DNA from: Elusimicrobiota bacterium | GTDB lineage: Bacteria > Elusimicrobiota > Elusimicrobia > UBA1565 | Assembly (NCBI GenBank): GCA_043827405.1 | Contig: JBDRPD010000062.1 | Span: 73,933 to 137,932 of the forward strand | Reading direction: 5' to 3' | Length of the DNA: 64,000 bases | Shown: positions 9,917 to 18,332 of the stretch, piece after piece | Layout of the letters: the number at the start of each line of letters is the position of its first letter | Numbering within the stretch: position 1 is the stretch's first letter | Program-made: the position numbers and the translations under genes | Notes under the pieces: generated by a model | The model's database searches: none | The model's input: only the letters and a program-made list of their open reading frames with translations | What the model was told of the DNA's origin: nothing

Positions 9917-10297
9917 ATGGGGAGCAAGACGAAGTCGTATATCGGCGCCGGCGTGAGCCTTGTGGCCGTCGCGGCCGGGGGCTATTTCCTCTACGGGAAG
10001 GACGGCCAGAAAAACCGCGACAAGATCAAGGGCTGGGCCCTGAAGGCCAAGGGCGAAATGCTCGAGCATATCGAGAAGCTCAAGCAGGTCAACCAGAAGG
10101 CCTACAACGATGTCGTCGACCGCGTTGCGAAGCGCTACAAGAAGTTCAAGCAGGTCGACAAGAAGGAACTGCAGCGTCTGGTCAAGGAGAGCAAGGGCTT
10201 CTGGAACAGCATCGCCAAGAAGGTTCCTGAGACCGAGGCCAAGATCGCCCGGGTCAACAACCGGCGCAAAAAGGCCGCGCCGCGCCCGAAGAAGTAG
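9917..10297 (+). CDS. Small membrane-anchored basic helical protein (YtxH-like)
   Basis: AGGAGG RBS; N-terminal TM helix (AVAAGGYFLYG) followed by Lys-rich helices. Confidence 0.8.
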   Translation: MGSKTKSYIGAGVSLVAVAAGGYFLYGKDGQKNRDKIKGWALKAKGEMLEHIEKLKQVNQKAYNDVVDRVAKRYKKFKQVDKKELQRLVKESKGFWNSIAKKVPETEAKIARVNNRRKKAAPRPKK

Positions 10298-10318
10298 TTT
10301 TTCGCAGCCGCAGACACC

Positions 10319-10358
10319 GCAAGCAGCCGCCCGGCAGTACCGGGCGGCTGTTTGTTTG
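10319..10358. terminator. Terminator-like hairpin between convergent genes
   Basis: GCAAGCAGCCGCCCGG-cagta-CCGGGCGGCTGTTTGT. Confidence 0.75.
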
Positions 10359-10383
10359 CGCGAGTGGGGGCAAACGCCGGGTC

Positions 10384-10722
10384 TTACTTCTTCCGGGGGA
10401 CTTCGATGACGCAGCGGTTCTCGAGCGACCGGCTGGTGCGATTGCCGCCGTTGCGGGCGCGGGCCACGATGCGGACCTTGCCCGGTTTCTCCGGCTTCCA
10501 GTCGTACCAGTAGTAGCCTGCCGCGGCGCGGCACTTGCTCCAGCCTTTTCCGTTGAACGCGACTTCCACGTCGTGGCCGGCGCTCGCGCCGATGCGGATC
10601 GTATAGTCGCCGGGACGGATTACTTCTCCGTCCTGGGGGTAGTCGATGAATACCGTGCGGGCATGCGGCTTTGCGGGCGTCTTCTTCGCGGGCGTCTTAT
10701 TGTTGGTCGTCTTTCCTGCCAT
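10384..10722 (-). CDS. Small hypothetical protein with a basic N-terminal tail and probable Ig-like beta-sandwich
   Basis: GGAGAGAG RBS before ATG 10722; IDYPQDGE...VEVAFNGKGW...WYDWKP...IVARAR pattern. Confidence 0.7.
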   Translation of the reverse strand: MAGKTTNNKTPAKKTPAKPHARTVFIDYPQDGEVIRPGDYTIRIGASAGHDVEVAFNGKGWSKCRAAAGYYWYDWKPEKPGKVRIVARARNGGNRTSRSLENRCVIEVPRKK

Positions 10723-10863
10723 ACTCTCTCCATGGTTTGACATTCCCGGGGGGATGTCGAGTGCGCGCCCATTATACATGAAGCCGTCGACGGAAACCTT
10801 GATTTAGATCAACGACGGCGCGGGGGGGTTCCCGCCCCGCATTGTAAAAGATAGAATTGCGCC

Positions 10864-12231
10864 ATGCCCGATCAGCATGAATGCCGTTATCCGAACGGCA
10901 ATGTTCTCTACCGGAGGCTGAAAAAGACCTATCCCCGGATCGTCCGGGGCGAGGGGATCATGCTCTACGACGCGGAGGGCAAGGAGTATATTGACGCCTG
11001 CTCGGGAGCGTACGTCACCAATATCGGTCATGGCGTGCGCGAGGTCGCCGACGCGCTGTCGGCACAGGCTCGCCGCTTCGCCTACGTCAACGGTACGGCT
11101 TTCACCCACGACGCGGCCGAAGAAGCCGCGTATGAGCTCGCCAAACGCTGTCCGCATGGTCTCGACAAGGTCTTCCTGCTGCTCAGCGGCTCCGATGCCG
11201 TGGAGGCGGCGCTCAAGACCGCCCGCCAGTACTGGGCCGCGCTGGGCAAGCCCGAGAAGAAGAAGCTCTTTGCCCTGACGCCGAGTTATCACGGCAGCGG
11301 CCTGTTGGCGCTGTCCGTTTCCGGCCGGCCGGAGTATCAGAAGACCTACCAGGACTGGATCGTGGATGTGGTGCGGGGCCCGGCGCCGTATCCCTACCGC
11401 TGCCTGTGCCGCGGCAAGGATCCGGTCTGCCCCTCCTGCACGGGCACCGGCATCGAAAAAAGGATTCTGGAGGAAGGGCCGGAAAAAGTCGCCGCGATCA
11501 TCATCGAGCCGATCGGGGGCTCCTCGACCGGCTGTTCCGTGCCCCGTCTTGAGTTCCTGCGCAACCTGCGCGCTTTCTGCGACAAGTACGACGTGCTGTT
11601 GATCGCCGACGAGGTGCTGACCGGCGCCGGACGCACCGGGACCTGGTCGGCGCTCGAGCACTACGGCGTGGTCGCCGACCTGCTGGTCTTCGGCAAAGGC
11701 ATTACCGGCGGCTATGCGCCGCTCTCGGCGCTGGTGACTTCGGAAAAGATCGCCGACGTCTTCGCGCGCAGCAGCGGCAGCCTGCCGCATAATCAGACTT
11801 TCTCGCACTTCTCCGTCTCCTGCGCCGCCTGCGTCGCGGCGCTGGCGTACCTCAAGGAGCATGGGCTCATCGAGCGCTGCGCACGGATGGGAGAGAAGCT
11901 GCAGGAAAAGCTGCAGATCCTGCGCGAGCACCCGAATGTCGGCGACGTTCGCGGCAAGGGCTTGCTGGCGGGCGTGGAGTTCGTGGAAGACCGGGAGTCC
12001 CGGATGCCGTTCGAGCGGCGGCGGCGCTGCGCGGAAACGTTCGCGCAGCTGGCGCAGGATATGGGGCTGGTGGTCTGGCCGAACTACGGACAGGCGGACG
12101 GGGTCAACGGGGACCTCGCGATGCTGGCGCCGCCGTTTACGGTCACGGAGAGCGAGCTCGACCGCATCATCGATTTATTCCGGGGCGCGCTCAAAGCGAC
12201 GCTTAATTCCATGCGCAAGGACGCGGCATAG
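10864..12231 (+). CDS. Class III PLP aminotransferase, YodT/BioA-like subgroup
   Basis: RGEGIMLYD, IDACSG, SGSDAVE, SYHG, IADEVLTGAGRTG, FGKGITGGY (PLP lysine). Confidence 0.92.
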   Translation: MPDQHECRYPNGNVLYRRLKKTYPRIVRGEGIMLYDAEGKEYIDACSGAYVTNIGHGVREVADALSAQARRFAYVNGTAFTHDAAEEAAYELAKRCPHGLDKVFLLLSGSDAVEAALKTARQYWAALGKPEKKKLFALTPSYHGSGLLALSVSGRPEYQKTYQDWIVDVVRGPAPYPYRCLCRGKDPVCPSCTGTGIEKRILEEGPEKVAAIIIEPIGGSSTGCSVPRLEFLRNLRAFCDKYDVLLIADEVLTGAGRTGTWSALEHYGVVADLLVFGKGITGGYAPLSALVTSEKIADVFARSSGSLPHNQTFSHFSVSCAACVAALAYLKEHGLIERCARMGEKLQEKLQILREHPNVGDVRGKGLLAGVEFVEDRESRMPFERRRRCAETFAQLAQDMGLVVWPNYGQADGVNGDLAMLAPPFTVTESELDRIIDLFRGALKATLNSMRKDAA

Positions 12232-12249
12232 TCCGCGGCGGAGGTTTTT

Positions 12250-13830
12250 ATGGCGACGGCAGCGAAGACGGACAAAATCACCTATACGTCGGCGAATGTC
12301 GACATGACGGAGTTCCATTTACAATTCGATAAAGCGCTGGCGAAGCTCCGCGCCGAGGCCGGCAGGAGCTACCCGCTTTATATCGGCGGCCGGGCGGTGG
12401 AAACGAAGAACGAGCCCGTGGTCGACGTTTCGCCGATCGATACTTCGCTGGTTCTCGGCCGGTTCGCCAGCGCCGGCCACGACGAGGTGGACGCCGCGAT
12501 CAGAAACGCCTACGGCGTGCGCAAGGAGTGGGAGCATACGCCCTGGCCGGAGCGCGTCAAGATTATGCGCCAGGCGGCGGCGCTGGTGCGCGAGCGCAAG
12601 TATGAGCTGGCCGCCCTCATGGGGCTTGAGGTCGGCAAGAATCGGATGGAGTGCATCGGCGACGCCGAGGAGTCGGCCGACCTCATCGATTACTACGCCC
12701 AGCAGATGGAAGACCACAAGGGCTACATCCAGGAGCTCAATAAGATTACGCCGATCGAAACCAATACCGATATCCTGCGGCCCTTCGGCGTCTTCGTCTG
12801 CGTCGCGCCCTTTAACTTCCCGCTGGCGCTGTCCTGCGGCATGTCGTCCGCCTGTCTGGTGGCCGGCAACGTCATCGTCTATAAGCCGTCAAAGGATACG
12901 CCATGGACGGGCCTGAAGCTCTACGAGATCTACCGCGACGCCGGCGTCCCCGCGGGCGCCTTTAACTTCATAACCGGCCGGGGCGCGGATATGGGCGATT
13001 CGCTGTGGCGGCATCCGCTGGTCGGCGGCATCGTTTTCACCGGCTCCAAGCAGGTCGGCATGCATATGTACCGGGAGTTCAGCAGCCGGTGGGTGAAGCC
13101 CTGCATGCTCGAGCTGGGCGGCAAGAACGCGACCGTGGTCATGGACTCGGCGGATCTCGACGCCGCGGCGGAGGGCATTATGAAGTCGGCCTGGGGGCTG
13201 CAGAACCAGAAGTGCAGCGCCTGCTCCCGGGTTTACGCCCACAAGAGCGTGGTGCAGGAGCTCACCGCCAAGATCATTGAGAGAACCCGGGCGATCAAGA
13301 TGGGGGATCCGACGGAGAAGGACGTCTACTTCGGCCCCGTCATCAACGGCAGCTCGATCAAAAAGTACGAGCAGGCCGTGGCGCAGGCCAAAAAGGACGG
13401 GGAGATTCTTATCGGCGGCGAGCGCCTTAAGGGCGGCGTCTTCGATAAAGGCAATTTCCTCGCGCCGACCATCGCCCGGCTTCCGCTGTCGAGCTCGCTG
13501 TTCATGGAGGAGCTGTTTGTGCCTTTTCTGGCTATCGGCGAGGTCGAGACGCTGGATCAGGCGCTCGAAGAATGCAATAAGGCCGAGTACGGCCTGACCT
13601 CCGGCATCTTCTCCAAGAACAAGGAGGAGGTCGAGCACTTCTTCGACATGATCGAGACCGGTGTGACCTATGCCAATAAGCGCACGGGGGCCACTACCGG
13701 CGCCTGGCCGGGCGCCCAGGCCTTCTGCGGCTGGAAGGGCTCGGGCTCGACCGGCAAGGGGGGGTGCGGCCCCTACTACGTCGCGCAGTTCATGCGCGAG
13801 CAATGCCGTACGGTTATCGAGGAGGTGTGA
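12250..13830 (+). CDS. Aldehyde dehydrogenase, pyrroline-5-carboxylate dehydrogenase (RocA)-like
   Basis: APFNFP, FTGS, ELGGKN, QKCSAC (catalytic Cys), EELFVP, GWKGSGSTGKGG; GGAGG RBS. Confidence 0.92.
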   Translation: MATAAKTDKITYTSANVDMTEFHLQFDKALAKLRAEAGRSYPLYIGGRAVETKNEPVVDVSPIDTSLVLGRFASAGHDEVDAAIRNAYGVRKEWEHTPWPERVKIMRQAAALVRERKYELAALMGLEVGKNRMECIGDAEESADLIDYYAQQMEDHKGYIQELNKITPIETNTDILRPFGVFVCVAPFNFPLALSCGMSSACLVAGNVIVYKPSKDTPWTGLKLYEIYRDAGVPAGAFNFITGRGADMGDSLWRHPLVGGIVFTGSKQVGMHMYREFSSRWVKPCMLELGGKNATVVMDSADLDAAAEGIMKSAWGLQNQKCSACSRVYAHKSVVQELTAKIIERTRAIKMGDPTEKDVYFGPVINGSSIKKYEQAVAQAKKDGEILIGGERLKGGVFDKGNFLAPTIARLPLSSSLFMEELFVPFLAIGEVETLDQALEECNKAEYGLTSGIFSKNKEEVEHFFDMIETGVTYANKRTGATTGAWPGAQAFCGWKGSGSTGKGGCGPYYVAQFMREQCRTVIEEV

Positions 13831-13831
13831 G

Positions 13832-15226
13832 ATGAAAACTAAAAAGAAGCCCCGGGCGAAGAAGAAAACCGGGCTGAAGCGGCCCGCGGCGTCCGCGCGC
13901 CGGGACTATCCCCGCATCGTCACGCCGCCTCCGGGTCCCAAGGCCCGGCAAATCATCGATATCGACGATCGCTATTCCTCGACGAGCTATATGAAAATCT
14001 ACCCGCTCGTCGTCTCGCACGGCGAAGGCTCGATGGTCGAGGACGTCGACGGCAACCGCTACATCGACTTCATGGCGGGCATCGCCGTGGCCACCACCGG
14101 CTATGCCCATCCCAAGGTCGTCGCCGCGGTGCGCGAGGCGGCCGGCAAGTTCTTCAGCATGTGCTCGACCGACTGGTACTACGAGAGCTTCGCGAAGCTG
14201 TGCGAGCGGCTCGCTCATCTCGCGCCCGGCGACAATAAGAAGCGTGTTTTCCTGACCAACTCGGGCGCCGAGGCGGTCGAGGGAGCGATCAAGCTGGCGC
14301 GCAACTCGACCAAGCGGACGGCCCTGATCGCCTTTCGCCGCGCTTTCCACGGCCGCACCTACGGCGCCATGAGCCTGACCTCGAGCAAGGTCGTGCAGCG
14401 CGCCTTCTTCATGCCGATGCTGCCGGGGGTGTATCACACCGACTACCCGGACCCGTACCGCGTTGTCTACGACCGCCGGCGCTTCAAGAACGTCTCGGAG
14501 TACTGCATCTGGCAGATTCATGAGGACCTGTTCCAGCGCCATGTGCTGCCGGAGAACGTGGCGGCCATCTTCATCGAGCCCATGCTCGGAGAGGGCGGCT
14601 ATGTGCTTCCCCCTAAGGAGTTCCTGGTCAGCCTGCGCAAGCTGTGCGACGAGTTCGGCATCCTGCTGGTCTTCGATGAGATTCAGTCCGGCGCCGGGCG
14701 CACCGGCCATATGTGGGCCGCCGACTACTACGGGGTCGAGCCGGACGTCCTGCTGACGGCCAAGGGGATCGCTTCGGGCATGCCCATCGGAGCGATCATC
14801 GCCAAGGAGTCGGTCATGAAGTGGAAGCCGGGTTCGCACGGCTCGACTTTCGGCGGCAACCCCGTCTGCTGCGCGGCGGCGCTCGCGACGCTCGATCTGC
14901 TCGAAGGCGGGCTGATGGAGAACGCGCGCCGGATGGGCGCGCGGTTGATGAAGGGGCTGGAGCGGCTGAAGAACAAGTTCACGATCATCGGCGACGTACG
15001 CGGCACCGGGCTCTTCATCGGCGTCGAGTTCGTCAAGAGCCGGCGTACCAAGGAGCCCGCGAAGTCCTTCGTCAACGAGCTCTACATGCGCGCTTTCCAC
15101 AAAGGCCTGCTGCTGCTGCCCTGCGGCGAGAGCGTGGTGCGCATCGCCCCGCCGCTGAACATCAGCGAGTATGATGTGGACAAGGGGCTCGAGATCCTCG
15201 AGAAATGTCTCGACGAGCTGACGTGA
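13832..15226 (+). CDS. Class III PLP aminotransferase, ornithine/lysine/GABA omega-aminotransferase-like
   Basis: PPGPKA, NSGAEAVE, AFHGRTYG, FDEIQSGAGRTG, TAKGIASG, HGSTFGGNP; GGAGG RBS before ATG 13832. Confidence 0.92.
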   Translation: MKTKKKPRAKKKTGLKRPAASARRDYPRIVTPPPGPKARQIIDIDDRYSSTSYMKIYPLVVSHGEGSMVEDVDGNRYIDFMAGIAVATTGYAHPKVVAAVREAAGKFFSMCSTDWYYESFAKLCERLAHLAPGDNKKRVFLTNSGAEAVEGAIKLARNSTKRTALIAFRRAFHGRTYGAMSLTSSKVVQRAFFMPMLPGVYHTDYPDPYRVVYDRRRFKNVSEYCIWQIHEDLFQRHVLPENVAAIFIEPMLGEGGYVLPPKEFLVSLRKLCDEFGILLVFDEIQSGAGRTGHMWAADYYGVEPDVLLTAKGIASGMPIGAIIAKESVMKWKPGSHGSTFGGNPVCCAAALATLDLLEGGLMENARRMGARLMKGLERLKNKFTIIGDVRGTGLFIGVEFVKSRRTKEPAKSFVNELYMRAFHKGLLLLPCGESVVRIAPPLNISEYDVDKGLEILEKCLDELT

Positions 15227-16131
15227 CGGGCAAGGTCGTCTCAATGCGGGAGGCCGTGGCCTCCTGCGTGCAGGACGGCGCGACGGTCGTCATCGAGGGG
15301 TTCACGCACCTCATCTGCTTCGCGGCGGCGCACGAGATCATCCGGCAGGGGCGGCGGGACCTGACCGTCTGCCGCCTGACGCCGGACCTCATCTACGACC
15401 AGTTGATCGGCGCGGGCTGCGTGAAGAAGCTGGTCTTCTCCTGGGCCGGCAATCCCGGCGCCGGCTCGCTGCATGCCTTCCGCCGGGCGCTGGAGGGCAA
15501 ATCCGATAAGCCTCTCGAGATCGAGGAGTACTCGCACTTCGGCATGGTCGCGCGCTTTCAGGCCGGTGCGGCCAACCTGCCGTTCTGGCCGCTGCGCAAC
15601 TTTATGGGCACCGATCTCCCCGTCGTCAACGACCGCATCAAGAGCGTGACCTGCCCGTTTACCGGCGAGGTCCTCGCCGCGGTGCCGGCGCTCAACCCCG
15701 ACGTGACCATCATCCACGCCCAGCGCGCCGACAAAAACGGGAACGCGCAGGTCTGGGGGCTGCTGGGGGTGCAGAAAGAAGCGGCCTTCGCCTCCAAGAA
15801 GGTGATCGTGGTCGTCGAGGAACTGGTTGACGAGCAGGTCGTGCGCTCCGATCCGAACCGGACCTTGATCCCGGGCGCCATCGTCAGCGCCGTGGTCGTT
15901 GAGCCTTTCGGCGCCCATCCTTCCTTCGCCCAAGGCTACTACGACCGCGACAACGCCTTCTACCTGTCGTGGGAGAAGATCGCGCGCGACCCCAAGGACT
16001 TCGCCAAGTACCTCGACGAGTTCGTCATGGGCGTCAGCGGCCGGGCCGAGTACATGGAAAAGCAGGAAGGGCTCGCCGCGCGGCTCAAGGCGGATCAGCG
16101 CGTCTGCGCCGGGGTGAACTATGGCTTCTGA
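15223..16131 (+). CDS. CoA-transferase subunit A (CatI/GctA family; 3-oxoadipate CoA-transferase-like)
   Basis: EGFTHLI, HEIIRQG, TPDLIYDQLIGAGC, FSWAGNPG; GTGA overlap with the upstream stop. Confidence 0.9.
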   Translation: MTGKVVSMREAVASCVQDGATVVIEGFTHLICFAAAHEIIRQGRRDLTVCRLTPDLIYDQLIGAGCVKKLVFSWAGNPGAGSLHAFRRALEGKSDKPLEIEEYSHFGMVARFQAGAANLPFWPLRNFMGTDLPVVNDRIKSVTCPFTGEVLAAVPALNPDVTIIHAQRADKNGNAQVWGLLGVQKEAAFASKKVIVVVEELVDEQVVRSDPNRTLIPGAIVSAVVVEPFGAHPSFAQGYYDRDNAFYLSWEKIARDPKDFAKYLDEFVMGVSGRAEYMEKQEGLAARLKADQRVCAGVNYGF

Positions 16132-16900
16132 GACTCTCGACTATACGCTGAGCGAGATGATGGCCGTGGTTTCGGCGCGGGAGCTCAAGGACGGCGAAGT
16201 GGTTTTCGTCGGCATCGGCCTGCCCAACTTGGCCTGCAATTTGGCGCGCGTGACGCATGCCCCCAATCTGACCTTGATCTACGAGTCCGGCGCCGTGGGC
16301 GCCGTGCCTGAGCGGCTGCCGGTCTCGATCGGCGATCCGGCCCTGGTGACGGGTTCGCTCATGGTGGCGACCATGCCCGATATTTTTCAGTATTTCCTGC
16401 AGGGCGGCAAGATCGACGCCGGATTCCTCGGCGGCGCCCAGATCGACCGCTGGGGGAATATCAATACCACGGTGATCGGGGACTACGCCAAGCCGAAGGT
16501 GCGCCTGCCGGGAAGCGGCGGCGCTCTTGAGATCGCCGTTCACTCGAAGCGGACGCTTATCATCAGCAAGTTGTCCAAGCGGGTGTTTCCGGAGGCGGTG
16601 GACTTCGTGACCAGCCCCGGCTACCGCTACCGCGGCAGGAGCCGCAAGGAGTTCGGCATGCCGGGCGCGGGACCGGTTAAGGTTATCACCGACAAGTGCA
16701 TTCTCGCAGCCGATCCGGAGTCCGGGGAGATGACGCTGTCCGCGCTTTATCCGGGGGTCGAAGCCGCGGAGGTTCGCGACAGCGTGGGCTGGGACCTTAA
16801 AGTCCGGCCGACGCTTGGCGGTGTCGAACCGCCGACCGCGGAAGAGCTGCGGCTGCTGCGCGAAGAGCTCGATCCCGATAAGCTTTTCCTCAAGGGCTGA
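16121..16900 (+). CDS. CoA-transferase subunit B (CatJ/GctB family)
   Basis: FVGIGLP, LIYESG (catalytic Glu), LQGGKIDAGFLGGAQIDRWGNINTTVIG, RLPGSGGA. Confidence 0.9.
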   Translation: MASETLDYTLSEMMAVVSARELKDGEVVFVGIGLPNLACNLARVTHAPNLTLIYESGAVGAVPERLPVSIGDPALVTGSLMVATMPDIFQYFLQGGKIDAGFLGGAQIDRWGNINTTVIGDYAKPKVRLPGSGGALEIAVHSKRTLIISKLSKRVFPEAVDFVTSPGYRYRGRSRKEFGMPGAGPVKVITDKCILAADPESGEMTLSALYPGVEAAEVRDSVGWDLKVRPTLGGVEPPTAEELRLLREELDPDKLFLKG

Positions 16901-16905
16901 GCCGC

Positions 16906-17502
16906 GTGACGCGCAACGTCTACGTCTTTCGTCACGGCGAGACGGATTGGAATGCCGAGCGGCGGCTGCAGGGGCATTCCGACGTGAAGCTCAATGCCGC
17001 CGGCCGCGAGCAGGCCCGGGACCTGGCCAAGCTTCTGCGCCCCCTGGACCTCCCAGCGGTGCTGTGCTCCGATTTATCGCGTGCGGCGGAGACCGCGCGC
17101 ATCGTCTTTTCTGACGCCCCGGAGCTGATCCAATACAAGCGCGAGCTCCGGGAAGCCTATCTCGGCAAGCTGCAGGGTACGCTGCGCAGCGAGTATGAAC
17201 GTGTTCACGGCAAGGAGCAGTTCTCCCGCTGGCTGTCGGTGAAGGACGAGGATCAGGATTTCTGCTTTCCCGGGGGCGAGACCAAGCTGCAGCATCTTGC
17301 GCGGGTGCGGACCTGCCTCGAGTCCTACCTCGCCGTTCACGACTTCGCGCGGATCGGCGTCTGCACTCACGGCGGGACCATCCGGCGCTTCGTCCATTTT
17401 GTCCGGGGGTCCGGCGCCGAGCCCGTATCCATCGCCAACTGCGCGGTCTACCACCTGAAATACGACGGTGTTCGCTGGGCTTACGTCGGGAAGCTGTCCT
17501 GA
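16906..17502 (+). CDS. Histidine phosphatase (phosphoglycerate mutase-like) family protein
   Basis: FRHGETDWN, SDLSRA, LRE, FPGGET, THGG. Confidence 0.88.
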   Translation: MTRNVYVFRHGETDWNAERRLQGHSDVKLNAAGREQARDLAKLLRPLDLPAVLCSDLSRAAETARIVFSDAPELIQYKRELREAYLGKLQGTLRSEYERVHGKEQFSRWLSVKDEDQDFCFPGGETKLQHLARVRTCLESYLAVHDFARIGVCTHGGTIRRFVHFVRGSGAEPVSIANCAVYHLKYDGVRWAYVGKLS

Positions 17503-17504
17503 AA

Positions 17505-18332
17505 TTAGTTGAAAACGACGTTCTTTTGGAAACGGCTCTTGAGGATCGCGCCTTGCGCCGGGTAGTTTTTAAGTTCGCGGTCGAGTTCCTGCAGCCGCTG
17601 CGCCAGCGGCGGGTGGCGGCTGTCAAAAGAACCCTTGCTGGGCGCGTGCTCGCCGCCGTAGAGGCGCTTGAGCGCCGCCGGCAGGCCGTCCGGGTGATAG
17701 CCGCTCGCCGCCAGTATCCCCAGCCCCTTATGATCGGACGCGGTTTCCTGCTGGCGGGAATAGCCCTTGTCGGCGATGTACTCGACGGCGAGCTCGGCGA
17801 GCCGGTGGGCGCCGCCGCCGCCATTGAGCTTCTCCAATCCCAATCCCGCGCCCTTCATTACGCGGATCCCTTGGATGGCATGCTTGTCGTCGACGTGTAC
17901 GATTTCATGCGCCAGCACGCCGGCGAGCTGGGCTTCGTTGCCCAAGCGCTGCAGCAGGCCCCGGGTTACAAAGACATAGCCGCCGGGAGCGGCATAGGCG
18001 TTGACTGAGCGGGAGTTCAGGATGCCGAAATGATAGGTCATGCCGCCGCGTTTCGCCTTGCGGATCAGCGTGTTCCCTACCAGGCCGACATAGCGCGTCA
18101 GCGCGTCGTCTTCGTAGATGCCGAAGCGGCCGATGAGCCGGGCGGCGACCTCGCGGCCGAGCTCCCTCTCGCTTTCCGGCGTCAGGTGAAACTCGGCGGC
18201 GATTTCCGCGCCCTTCTGCAGATACTTCTCCCCTTTACGGCCGAGCTCCTTGAGCTCATACTTGCGCTCAGCGCGGGAAGGGGCGAGTCCGGCAAGCAGC
18301 AGGGCGGCGGAGAGAACGGCGGCGCGCCTCAA
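17505..18332 (-). CDS. M48-family zinc metallopeptidase, exported
   Basis: Signal peptide; NAYAAPGG, LAHEIVH (HExxH), YSRQQE.ASD, SRHPP. Confidence 0.9.
   Translation of the reverse strand: MRRAAVLSAALLLAGLAPSRAERKYELKELGRKGEKYLQKGAEIAAEFHLTPESERELGREVAARLIGRFGIYEDDALTRYVGLVGNTLIRKAKRGGMTYHFGILNSRSVNAYAAPGGYVFVTRGLLQRLGNEAQLAGVLAHEIVHVDDKHAIQGIRVMKGAGLGLEKLNGGGGAHRLAELAVEYIADKGYSRQQETASDHKGLGILAASGYHPDGLPAALKRLYGGEHAPSKGSFDSRHPPLAQRLQELDRELKNYPAQGAILKSRFQKNVVFN

Noticed and set aside
10723..10863. Lysine or other riboswitch ahead of the aminotransferase operon
   Set aside because: The gap is about 140 bp, is shared with a divergent gene and shows only short hairpins; no aptamer consensus recognised.
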